Source: an uncultured Planctomycetota bacterium
GTDB lineage: Bacteria > Planctomycetota > Planctomycetia > Isosphaerales > Isosphaeraceae
Length of the DNA: 64,000 nucleotides
Assembly (NCBI GenBank): GCA_963845755.1
Contig: CAWJTV010000026.1
Span: 128,001 to 192,000 of the forward strand
Direction: 5' to 3'
Under the pieces are notes generated by a model, which was given only the letters and a program-made list of their open reading frames with translations, had not been told where the DNA came from and made no database searches. This document shows, in pieces, positions 1-9,379 of the stretch (positions are counted from its first letter, which is position 1; the number at the start of each line of letters is the position of its first letter). The position numbers and the translations under genes are program-made.

Positions 1-670
1 TCAGATACGCCGTGAAGTGGGCCATCGCCTCCCGCGAGCCGGACGTCTGCTGATGCCGCGCCTCGGGGGCGATCGGGAAGATGCAGCTCGACGGGCCGAT
101 GCAGGCGACACAGTTCTCGACCTCGCCCCGCCGGAGCGCCGCCACACCGCGGAGTGCAACCAGGTTCGCCTTCAAGTCCGCCGGGATGTCCGGGTTTTCC
201 GTCGCCGCCTTGTCGAGCCAGTTCGATGCGTCCGGGAACCGGCCCTCGTACATGAAGAGCATGCCGATCTTCGCCTGAAGCGTGGCCCGGCGCAAGTCGT
301 GGCCGGCCCGTCCGGCGGGGAGTTGATCGAATCGCGCCAACTGCCCCAGGAGGACGGTGCGGCCCCACTCGGCCCGCCCGCGGACGGCCGCTCGGATCTG
401 ATCGAGCGAGCCCCGATCTTCGATCGTCGGGGTCAGACTGCCGGCCAACTGGTAGCCGCTGTCATCGAGGAACCTGGCGCTGACCAGCGGGGCCACCTGC
501 GACGCAACATCGCGGGCCCGATTCGGCGTCGCGGCAGTCCTCGGAGCGAGCCGCGCCAGCGTCCTTCGGTAATCGTCGAGAAGGCCCGGGCGGGTCAAGG
601 CTACGGCCGCCACCCCGGCGATCACCACAATCGCCAACCCCACCAGCGCAACGCGGAGCACCACTTTCAT
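1..670 (-). CDS. CRTAC1-family (FG-GAP/ASPIC-UnbV) protein, N-terminal part; runs off the window edge
   Basis: Hand translation from ATG at 670 gives MKVVLRVALVGLAIVVIAG... (signal anchor), then ALRRGEVENCVACIGPSSCIFPI, the Cys-rich N-terminal motif I recognise from planctomycete CRTAC1 proteins. Open to position 1; absent from the ORF track. Confidence 0.75.
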   Translation of the reverse strand, partial: MKVVLRVALVGLAIVVIAGVAAVALTRPGLLDDYRRTLARLAPRTAATPNRARDVASQVAPLVSARFLDDSGYQLAGSLTPTIEDRGSLDQIRAAVRGRAEWGRTVLLGQLARFDQLPAGRAGHDLRRATLQAKIGMLFMYEGRFPDASNWLDKAATENPDIPADLKANLVALRGVAALRRGEVENCVACIGPSSCIFPIAPEARHQQTSGSREAMAHFTAYL

Positions 671-697
671 CGAAAGAATCCTTCTCTTTTCAGGGAC

Positions 698-2606
698 TCA
701 ACCAGGATTCCCCATCCGCGAGCTGGAACTTGATAGCGGTTCGGCTCGACCGGACCCTTCGCGGATGAGGAAACCGGTCCCCGCGGGCAGGTCGGAGTAT
801 TCATCCACCTGTCCCGACGGCCATCGAATCGTCACGCGGCGGGCGACCTCGGCTTCCCCAATCCCGATCAGCAGGCGAGGGTCGTGGGCGGACGCGAGAC
901 TCGCTCCCCCCTTGCGCTGTCGGTAGATGGTCCGATTCCCGGCCTCGACCTCGACGCGGGCGCCGATCGCATCGCGATTGCTGCGCGTTCCCTCCAGCCG
1001 GAGGCGAATCCAATGATGGCGCGTCGGGGTGTCATTGCGCAGCAAGGCCGGTGCCTTGTCCTTGTGGTTGATGACCAGATCGATGTCGCCGTCGTCGTCG
1101 AGATCACCCTGGGCGAGTCCGCGCCCCACGTGGTCGGAATCGAAGTAAGAGCCGGCCTTCCGGGTTGCGAGCTGAAACCCCGACCCGTTGAGGTTTCGGT
1201 GCAGCAAGGCCGGCTCCGCGTACGGGGTGTCCAGGCCCAGCATCTCCAGGTTGTCGTTAACGTGGCCGTTGGCGACGAAACAGTCGGGCCAGCCGTCGTT
1301 GTCGAAGTCGGCCAGGGCACAGCCCCATCCCACCCAGAGCACGCTGTCGTGGTACAGGCCGCTGACGCGCGTCCGTTCTTCGAACAGGCCCCCACCCAGG
1401 TTGGCGAACATCGCGACGCCCTCATACCAGAAATTGGTGACGAACAGGTCGGGCCGCCCGTCACCATTGACGTCCTCGGCATCGACGCCCATCCCCGCGC
1501 GCCTGCCCGTTCGGGCCATAGCCCGCACCCGAGGATTCCGTCACGTCCTGGAACCGGCCATGGCCTTGGTTGAGGAAGACAAAATTAGGACACATGTCGT
1601 TGGCAACATAAAGGTCGATCCGGCCGTCATCATCGAGGTCCGCGGCGACCACGCCGAGGCCGCGGCCATCCGTGCGGCCGATGCCGGCGGCCTCGCTCAC
1701 GTCGGTGAAGGTCCGGTCGCCGTTGTTTCGGTACAGGACGTGCCGGGCCGGCGGAATCGATTTGGGCGAGCAGTAGATCCGTTGCTTCGGCGGCGGGTCC
1801 TTCATCAAGGGGGAAGGGGCTGCATCGCAGTATCGATCGTCGTCCGGGAGCTTCCAGGAGCCATAATTGGCCACGTAAAGGTCCAGGTCGCCGTCGTTGT
1901 CATAATCGAGGAACGCCCCGGCCGACGACCAACCCGGCCGGTCGATCCCGGCCGACCGGCTGATGTCCGCGAAGGTGCCGTCGCCCCGGTTAAGATACAG
2001 GACGTTCGATCCATAGTTGCACAAGAAGACATCCGGATCGCCGTCGTTATCGATGTCACCGACCACGATCCCATGGCAAAACCCGGAGTAACCCAGACCG
2101 GAAGCCTGAGTCGCGTCCTGGAACCGATTATCGCCGAGGTTCCGGAAGAGCCGATTCGGGCCGGTTTGAGCCTTGCCCGCCGGCAGGAAGGTCATGGTCG
2201 CGAAATACAGGTCGAGCTTGCCATCGTTGTCGAAGTCGAACATGGCCACGCCGGACCCGTAAGCCGTGGGGAAGTGCTTGGCCTCGCTCATCCCCGAAAC
2301 ATGCACGAAATCGATACCGGACTCCCCGGCGATCTCGGTGAATCGGAAGGGACTGACCGGCACCCGAGCGGTCCAGTTTGCCCGCACCCCGCCCAGGTCC
2401 TCCGGCGGAGGCAAGGAGATGCCCTTGGTGGAATCCACGGATGAAAGGGGCATGGACTCAGGAAAGGACCGGAATCCCAGCTCGACCGCATAAGCGATCA
2501 GCAGCACACCGAGGGCGGCCCCGGCGAGTCGGGGAACCTTGACGCCCGGCAACGGCACGGTCGTGACCGACTTGTCGAGACGTCGAGGCCAGATCATCCC
2601 CAGCAC
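698..2606 (-). CDS. CRTAC1-family protein (FG-GAP repeats + C-terminal ASPIC/UnbV), one frameshift near 1500
   Basis: Repeated DxDNDGxxD motifs in ORFs 1461..2606 and 698..1528; C-terminal SNRDAIGARV...IRWPSG. The frames join at the GMGVDAED motif. Confidence 0.9.
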
Positions 2607-2611
2607 CCCTT

Positions 2612-2684
2612 GGAAGGCTGAAGGCTGAAGGATGAGTCAGAACCGGTTTTATTCAGCTTTCAGCCTTCAGACTTCAGCCCTTCC
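2612..2684. repeat. Heptamer tandem-repeat palindrome
   Basis: GAAGGCT-type unit x3 (2613-2633) faces TTCAG(C/A)N x4 (2652-2679) in the divergent intergenic gap. Confidence 0.8.
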
Positions 2685-2782
2685 CCCTGCTCCAGTCTAC
2701 CGTTATGCTGGATTTCTCGCACCGGGGTCTTGCGGCTTTCTTGATCCGACGAGGAAACGAAACCGGGGAGGAGCCGCGCGTC

Positions 2783-4095
2783 TTGAGGAACGAATCACGT
2801 CGAGTACATCGGGGTCGCTCCTCGTGGACGACGGTTTGCTGGCTGCTCGGCGCCGCGATGAGTCTGGCCCTGGTCGGGTGGGCGATCGCTTCGGTTCGAG
2901 AGTCCCGGGCGGTCGAGCGCGACGCGGAGGCCGCCCGCGCCGCAATGTCGTCCGGTCGGTCGGCCGCGGCTCGCGAGCCGTTGCACCGATGGCTCCGCGC
3001 GCGGCCGAGGTCGGCCGAGGCCCACGCCCTGATGGCGGAGCTGGCCCTGGCCGAGAACGACCTCGGCCGGGTGAAGCCGGAGTACAACGAGGCGCGATCG
3101 CTCGGCTATCCGGACGCGAAGCTCGAGCGGCTGATGGCGATCTGGCTGGCCCGGATTGGCCGGTTCTCCGAGGCCGAGCCGGTCCTCACCCTCCTCTTCA
3201 GCGAGCAGGCGGGATCGGACCCCGCGGTCGACGAGGCATTGGCCCGGGTCTACCTCAAGACCTATCGACTGGCCCGCGCCAAGGCCGCCATCCGCCGCTG
3301 GATCGAGGACGCGCCCACCGACGGGCGGCCCTTCCTCTGGCTGACGGAAATCGATCGACGCACCGACGTCGACAATCCGGAATCCTGGGAACGCCACTAT
3401 CGCGAAGCCCTCCGGCGCGATCCCGAGCTCGACCCGGCCCGACACGGCCTGGCGGAATCGCTCCGGAGGGTCCATCGTAACGAAGAAGCGGCCCAGGAAT
3501 ATGCGTTCTATCTGGCCCGTCATCCGGATGACCCGGCCGCCCTGGCGGGCGCCGGCCTCAATGCGCTGGAGCTGGGCAATCTCTCCGAGGCGACCCGCTT
3601 GCTGGATCACGCCCTGGGCCTGGCGCCGACCGAACGAGCCGCTCTCAGGGGTCGAGCCGAGGTTGACATGCAGCGTGGCGAGCTGTCCTCGGCCGCGCGC
3701 CGGCTCGACCAGGCCATCCAGGCGGATCCGTTCGATGATGAGCTTCTCCACATTCGGAGCCAGGTGCGCAGCCGGCTGGGCGACTCCGCCGCGCGCGCGG
3801 CGACCGTGAGGCGTTCGAGCGCTTGAAGAAGGATCAGGCGGTGCTCCTCCAGTTGCGCGGCCGTCTCCTGGACCATCCCGATGACAGCGACACCCGGTTG
3901 AAGGTCGCGGCGTGGATGCTCGCGCATGGTCGCGACGAAGCCGGTTTGGAATGGGCGATGGCGATCCTGGCGAACCATCCGAGCCACGTTCCGACCTGCC
4001 GGTTCCTGGCCGACTATTACGCCAGGCGTCCCGACGGCGCGGGACTGGCCAACCACTATCGGCTCAAGGCCGACGCCCAGGAGCCGGTTCGTTAG
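2783..4095 (+). CDS. Tetratricopeptide-repeat protein with N-terminal membrane anchor, frameshift near 3800
   Basis: TPR-like helices (ALRRDPELDPARHGLAESL, AIQADPFD); ORF 3823..4095 continues the TPR pattern; TTG start after GGAGG. Confidence 0.8.
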
Positions 4096-4116
4096 CGGCC
4101 GCACGTGCCGGGTCTC

Positions 4117-4944
4117 CTACCAATGCATGACATACCCGCCATCGACGTTGATCGTCTGGCCGGTGATATTGCGTGCCTGGCTCGAGGCGAGGAAGACGGC
4201 CATGGCGGCGATGTCTTCGGGTTGCTGCCAGCGGTTCAGGGGGACGAGCTTCCGGATCTTGTCGGCGGACCAGGTTTCATAAGAAGGCCGGCCGGATTCG
4301 GGCTGTTCCCTGGCCCAGGCTTCGTACACCGATCGGTTGAGCGGGGTCTGGACCATGCCGGGGCAGAGCGTATTGACCCGCACGCCGTGAGGCGCCAGGT
4401 CCTTGGCGGCGCACTGGGCGAAGTTGATGACCGCGGCCTTGGCGGCGCTGTACGGCGGGTCGGTCTGCGAGCCGATCTGACCGGCGACGGAGGAGAGGAA
4501 GAGAATCGAGGGCGAGGTCGAGAGGGGGGAGCCGGCTGCCTCGTCCTCGTGGGTGGCCTCGGCCATCGCCGGGGCGAACGCATGCGCCACGTGGACGGCT
4601 CCGATCAGATTGACCTGGAGCACCCGTTCCCAGTCGGCGGGCTCGAGCTTCCAGAAGGGAAAGCCAAACTTGCCCGAGCCCAGCCCGACGGCGAAGACGA
4701 CGTGGTCGCAACGTCCGAAGTGGTTCGCGACATCCTCGGCCGCGCGGCGGACCGCGGCAAAGTCGGTGACGTCGGCGATCAGCCCCGTCGCACCGATCGA
4801 TCCGGCGAGATCCCGGACGGTCGGGTCGCGGTCGACGGCCGCCACGCGCGCCGACTCGGCGGCGAAGGCGCGCGCGATCGCCGCCCCGATCCCCCGAGCG
4901 GCCCCGAAGACCGCCACTACGTTCCCCGCCAGGCCCAGTTCCAC
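4117..4944 (-). CDS. SDR family oxidoreductase
   Basis: GAARGIG Rossmann motif, catalytic YSAAK, C-terminal ITGQTINVDGG; probable GTG start at 4944. Confidence 0.92.
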   Translation of the reverse strand: MELGLAGNVVAVFGAARGIGAAIARAFAAESARVAAVDRDPTVRDLAGSIGATGLIADVTDFAAVRRAAEDVANHFGRCDHVVFAVGLGSGKFGFPFWKLEPADWERVLQVNLIGAVHVAHAFAPAMAEATHEDEAAGSPLSTSPSILFLSSVAGQIGSQTDPPYSAAKAAVINFAQCAAKDLAPHGVRVNTLCPGMVQTPLNRSVYEAWAREQPESGRPSYETWSADKIRKLVPLNRWQQPEDIAAMAVFLASSQARNITGQTINVDGGYVMHW

Positions 4945-4973
4945 GATCGGCTCCCTGGGGATCCCCGCGCCTT

Positions 4974-5274
4974 GGTTATTTCCCGCCCTGACGGCCGGCT
5001 TGCTGGTTCCCACGGCCGATATCGACCATGCGATCCCGCGTCGAACCCTCCGCGTTCCGGGCCTGTGCGCTCTCACTGCGCCTCGCGGGCCTGCTCGGAA
5101 GTCAGCGCCTCCCGCCGACGCTTTGCGGGACCGACCCTTTCCCTTGCCTTTCCCCTTGCCTTTTCCGTGAACGGTCAACCCGGCCTCATCAGGCCCCGCT
5201 GTTCCTAATTTCGCCTGTTCCTGCTGCTCCGGCGGGAGCGCATCGGTCAGCTTGAATCGTCCAAATCCGGCCAT
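4974..5274 (-). CDS. Possible small basic Gly/Lys-rich protein (in frame with the SDR as assembled)
   Basis: ATG at 5274 after GGAG; MAGFGRFKLTDALPP...GKGKGKGKGKG; a TAA lies in an adjacent frame near 4975. Confidence 0.35.
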
Positions 5275-5475
5275 GGGCGTGATCTCCGGGGAGGTTGTGC
5301 TTCCAGTCCTGTGATTAGTAGACCGAAAACGCGCCCGGTTTTCACTAGCAAGTTCGCTCGGTACCTCAGTTTTATGATAGACTGTCGGCCGGCCGCTTGT
5401 CCTGTATCGGTCGCTCCATGCCGGCCGGTTGGTGTGCCCCCCTGCCCTGCTCTCTTCCATCCCCGGAGGTCCGTC

Positions 5476-6255
5476 ATGCCGCTGGAATCCGAATCGGAAT
5501 CGGGATTGTCCACCCGCCGCGACTTCGCCCGCAACGCCGTGCAAACGCTGACCGCCGTCGTCTTGATCGAGGGGCTCTGGTCGCGCCGGCTGCTCGGGGA
5601 CGACGTCCGGCCCATCATCGACGACTGGTTCAAGGAGCTGGATTCGATCACCCGGGACGTGCACGAACACCGGGTCAAGGATGTCGCATTCCAGAAGTCG
5701 CTGGAGCAGCTCTACCAGCGGGTGGACCTGGCCTCCCTCTTGAAATCGATCGACTTCGACCGGATCACGGCCGATGTGAGCATCCCGAAAAAAGGGGCCC
5801 AGAGCCTGCCCGTCAGCTTCTCTCACGTCGCCGGGCTGCCGGGCAAGGTGGCGTTCGGCGGGCAGATCTTCGCCATGAGCAAGGGGCGATCCGTCGTGCC
5901 GCACGGCCACAACAACATGACGACCGGTTTCCTCGTCATCAAGGGGAAATTCCGAGGCCGGCACTACGATCGCATCGAAGACCACAAGGACCATTACATC
6001 ATCCGCCCGACGATCGACCGCAGCTTCCAGCCCGGCGAGTTCTCGACGATCTCTGACCACAAGGACAACATCCACTGGTTCACCGCCGAGGGCGAGACCG
6101 GATTCATCTTCAACATCCATGTGGTGGAGACCGACCCGACGAACCCCAACCGCCCCGGCCGCGTTTATGTCGACCCGGTCGGCGAGAAGCTCGCGGGCGG
6201 CCTGATCAAGGCGCCGAAGATCACGTATGGCAAGGTGAATCAGCTCTATGGGTAA
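5476..6255 (+). CDS. Cupin-fold hypothetical protein with twin-arginine-like signal
   Basis: GGAGGT RBS; STRRDF Tat-like motif; PHGHNNM and a downstream NIHWF His resemble cupin metal ligands. Confidence 0.7.
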   Translation: MPLESESESGLSTRRDFARNAVQTLTAVVLIEGLWSRRLLGDDVRPIIDDWFKELDSITRDVHEHRVKDVAFQKSLEQLYQRVDLASLLKSIDFDRITADVSIPKKGAQSLPVSFSHVAGLPGKVAFGGQIFAMSKGRSVVPHGHNNMTTGFLVIKGKFRGRHYDRIEDHKDHYIIRPTIDRSFQPGEFSTISDHKDNIHWFTAEGETGFIFNIHVVETDPTNPNRPGRVYVDPVGEKLAGGLIKAPKITYGKVNQLYG

Positions 6256-6311
6256 GGGGATGGAATCGGCGGGGCATTCCCGCCTGGAGATCGGTTGACG
6301 TATTGCTGAAG

Positions 6312-6409
6312 GGGTGTACGAGAAGCCCCCGTAGGATGGGTCGAAGGCCGCAACGCGGCTTGAGGCCCACCGAGTTCCCACAAGCGTCCGGCGACCTTCT
6401 CGTACACCC
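6312..6409. repeat. MITE/REPIN-like element: 14-bp outer inverted repeat around a GTAG-type REP
   Basis: GGGTGTACGAGAAG (6312-6325) / CTTCTCGTACACCC (6396-6409); inner GTAGGATGGGTCGA...GAGGCCCACC, with a related copy at ~51319-51360 on the minus strand. Confidence 0.7.
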
Positions 6410-6547
6410 ATTGAGACTTGACACTCGACTCTCGGGACGGTGAGTCAAGCGGCAAGGGGGCCGGTGCACCAGCCGCTCGAAGAAACCGCAACGGCGTGGA
6501 CCCAGCCCAGTGCGGCGGGCAATTGAGCGATTCCTCCCGTGGTCTCG

Positions 6548-6677
6548 GAGTTTGTGAAAGAATCGGGAAAACCATTCAAGATTCAAAATTCAATGAACGC
6601 AAAGATCTGCTTTGCGACGACCTGCATCTATCTTGAATTTTGCATTTGTCATTTTGAATCAATTCTTTCACAGCCTC
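6548..6677. repeat. MITE-like element: outer inverted repeat around a heptamer palindrome
   Basis: GAGTTTGTGAAAGAAT / ATTCTTTCACAGCCTC outer arms; inner ATTCAAN x3 (6574-6594) facing TTTTGAA-type x4 (6631-6658). Confidence 0.7.
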
Positions 6678-7226
6678 TCAGTCTTCCCGGACCACGTCAC
6701 ACATTTCGGAGCACTCGCGTGCCCGCCGAATCTGCACGGTGCGGTCGTATGCATCCCTGACCGCCTCTCGCGCCTTGGTCCAGGGCATCGAGCTCTCCTT
6801 GCTCGCCTCCCAATCCCGTTGCAAGTGCTCATCCATCAAGTCGATGCCCGCGTCGCCGTACTTCGCCTCTGCCAGAGCTCCGTAGCGAAACGCCGGAAAG
6901 AAATCTTCATATTTGTCGCCCGCTCTGGCGTACGGGCGCGACATGAAGTGATCGCGAAGCCAGTTGTCCTCGGTCGTCGGGTCGATCAACTCGCCGACAC
7001 CCTTGCCGGCATAGCCTCCGACGACGGCACCGACAGCCGCGCCAACAGCCGTGGCGACAGGCCCGGCGACCGAGCCGACGGCCAGGCCGCTGACCGCTCC
7101 GGCCACGGCGGCTCCGATACCCGTCTCGATCGGGTGCGAGCCCGGTGCGTCGGTGATCGGGTCCGGATTGCGGCTGCCCTTGGGCGGCAGGTCTACTTTC
7201 TTTTCGGGATGGGTCACGGTTGCCAT
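6678..7226 (-). CDS. Glycine-zipper hypothetical protein
   Basis: NPDPITDAPGSHPIETGIGAA followed by a Gly/Ala zipper and a C-terminal W..AREAVRDAYDR; GGAG RBS. Confidence 0.8.
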   Translation of the reverse strand: MATVTHPEKKVDLPPKGSRNPDPITDAPGSHPIETGIGAAVAGAVSGLAVGSVAGPVATAVGAAVGAVVGGYAGKGVGELIDPTTEDNWLRDHFMSRPYARAGDKYEDFFPAFRYGALAEAKYGDAGIDLMDEHLQRDWEASKESSMPWTKAREAVRDAYDRTVQIRRARECSEMCDVVRED

Positions 7227-7625
7227 GATGATTCTCCCGTAGAAAGAAGTCTATCGATCGAGCCGGCCGGCGACATATGCCGGGCGGGTTATTCCCGTTT
7301 ATCTCTCGCAAACCGCTTGCCGATCGGTAAGAAAAATGTGAAGGGAGGTCGGAGGCGACCTTTCCTGTTGCCGCTTTTCATGAGATCAGGGATCCCGGGA
7401 GGTGAAATCGTGCGGGACGGTTCGCGGAAGAAAAGAATGGTTGCATGTCACCGGGGAAGGAGAGTTTAAATGTCCGAATTCTCAAGGTCAACCCCGACGG
7501 CGGGACGCCAGAAAGCCGACCGTTGGGCGGCTCGGCCCCCCATCGCGAGTGCGACCGGTGAGGGAGTCCATGCGGAGTGGATTTGCCGAATGCGATGCCC
7601 TGCCTGGCTCGAAGCCGTTCCTACC

Positions 7626-8243
7626 TCAACATGAATCGTCCCGCTGCACGGCCCGAACTTCGTCATCGGAACGAACCGCCTTGAGGATAGCTGCTGCCGA
7701 TTCCCGTCCAAATCGTTTCTGCGTTCGGCGGACGATCGGATAGCCAAGCTGGCTCAGGAACGTATTCGGTCGGGAAAACGCCAGGATGTCGTACCACACG
7801 CTGTTGTCGGCCTGATCCCACTCGATCAAGAATCGCTCCTCGCCTCTACCGGCATGATCGGGCAACGTGCCATAAGCCAGGCCGAACCGACTGATCGGCC
7901 CCGACTCATCCACGACGTAGACGATCTTGCAGGCATTGAGCCACCACAGGCCGAGGGCACGGGCCAGGATGGCCACAACCTCCCCGGCCTGGATCGGCGT
8001 CTCCGGCGACCATGCCTCCAGCCAGCCCAGGTCGAACTGCCTCCACTGCTGCAATGCGGCTCGTGCGGCCTGGAAGACCGGCCCGCCTTCGCCCAGCTTG
8101 ATGCGAGTCCGATCCACGACGAAACCGGCTGGAAGCTGATCGGCCGTCGCTCCGACTGCCGAATAACTGAAGTCCCGCTTGGCCTGCGCATTCTGGAATC
8201 GGCGGATGGACTCGGCAGACGGTTTTCGCAACGACACCATCAT
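7626..8243 (-). CDS. DUF1990 family protein
   Basis: FGLAYGTLPDHAGRGEERF and WYDILAFSRP motifs. Confidence 0.88.
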   Translation of the reverse strand: MMVSLRKPSAESIRRFQNAQAKRDFSYSAVGATADQLPAGFVVDRTRIKLGEGGPVFQAARAALQQWRQFDLGWLEAWSPETPIQAGEVVAILARALGLWWLNACKIVYVVDESGPISRFGLAYGTLPDHAGRGEERFLIEWDQADNSVWYDILAFSRPNTFLSQLGYPIVRRTQKRFGRESAAAILKAVRSDDEVRAVQRDDSC

Positions 8244-8446
8244 CACCCTCGATCCTCGCCCGCCCGCAGTCAAGCCTGTGTTGTAGTGCGATCCACAGGA
8301 AAATGCCCTTGTCGCATCTTATCCGCAAAGCAAGCCACTTCCCTGTTCCGTAGGGTGTTCTGTGAGCACCGAATCGGGCCAGGCACCGGGATCGGCGCTG
8401 CACAGAGCACCCTACTGGCCCGTGCGCATCTCCGGCGTGATGCGCG

Positions 8447-8669
8447 CTAACCCGGTTTCGAGCCGCCGGCGAGCGCAGTTCCTTCAATGGCTCGGAGATC
8501 TCCAGGAGGCTCGCGTTGATCTGCCGCAGAGTCGCCCGAGGGGTGGTCAAGTTGAGCAGCACGGTACAGATCGCCGCAAATGTCAGGGCGACGACCGAGA
8601 GAGCAATCAGGAGTGTGCCCTTCATGAGCCCGAGGTCATGCGCGTCCCGGAGAGTCTCGACCACCCCAT
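8447..8669 (-). pseudogene. C-terminal fragment of a membrane protein
   Basis: TM helix followed by RATLRQINASLLEISEPLKELR; no convincing start. Confidence 0.35.
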
Positions 8670-9125
8670 CTACCGGGCCCGCCGGAGCTGGCCGAGCAGG
8701 CTGTTCACTTCGTCGTGGACCTCCGGGGTCTGGCGGATGATCAGGGCCGGCGGCATGGGCCAGGGGACGATCGCGCCGACGGGCCGGGCCTCGTCGAGTC
8801 CCTGGCCCCGGGCGCGCCGTGCCCGGCGTTGCCGGCGCTTTTCCAGGGTCTGGCGGATTGATTGCTTGAAAGCCTCGCTGGGCTCGCGCCGGGGCTCCTG
8901 GGCCTTGGCCGGAGCCTGGGCCTGGGCTTTCGGAGCCCCGGCCTTGGCGTCTTTCTTGGCCATAGCTGGCTTGCCCGGTTCCCGGCCTTTCGGCGCCGGC
9001 GCCTGCTCCTGTTGTGGCCGAGCGGTTTGGGCTTGCACCGACTCCCCCGGACCGAATGCCGCATAAAATGGCAGAATGGCGAAGAGCCATCTTGCTGACC
9101 TCGTCCGTCGTGGTAGGCTGTCCAT
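8670..9125 (-). CDS. Hypothetical exported protein
   Basis: AGGAGG RBS before ATG 9125; signal-like N-terminus, Ala/Pro/Lys linker, C-terminal MPPALIIRQTPEVHDEV. Confidence 0.6.
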   Translation of the reverse strand: MDSLPRRTRSARWLFAILPFYAAFGPGESVQAQTARPQQEQAPAPKGREPGKPAMAKKDAKAGAPKAQAQAPAKAQEPRREPSEAFKQSIRQTLEKRRQRRARRARGQGLDEARPVGAIVPWPMPPALIIRQTPEVHDEVNSLLGQLRRAR

Positions 9126-9379
9126 GGGTTGGCTCCTCCTGATGATGCGATCGCCTGGCCGGTGGGCGGGGATGTCGCGGCGGGCCCGTGATCGGATGAG
9201 CCGGGGCGCGGTGCGGTCGAGCGGACCGGACCGGCGCGTTGTGCGTATCGTCTCCATATCTTAACATTAATCGGGCACAGGGAATACTCGGGCAAAGTGG
9301 CCGGTGGGGTTTGGCAGCCCTACGGCATGCCTCGCGCCTCAGGGAGACGCCTGGTCTTGTAGGCGATGGGAGCCCCAAG

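Noticed and set aside
4117..6411. 764-aa ORF as one protein
   Set aside because: Its upstream part is antisense to the real cupin gene; only 4117..4944 has SDR motifs.
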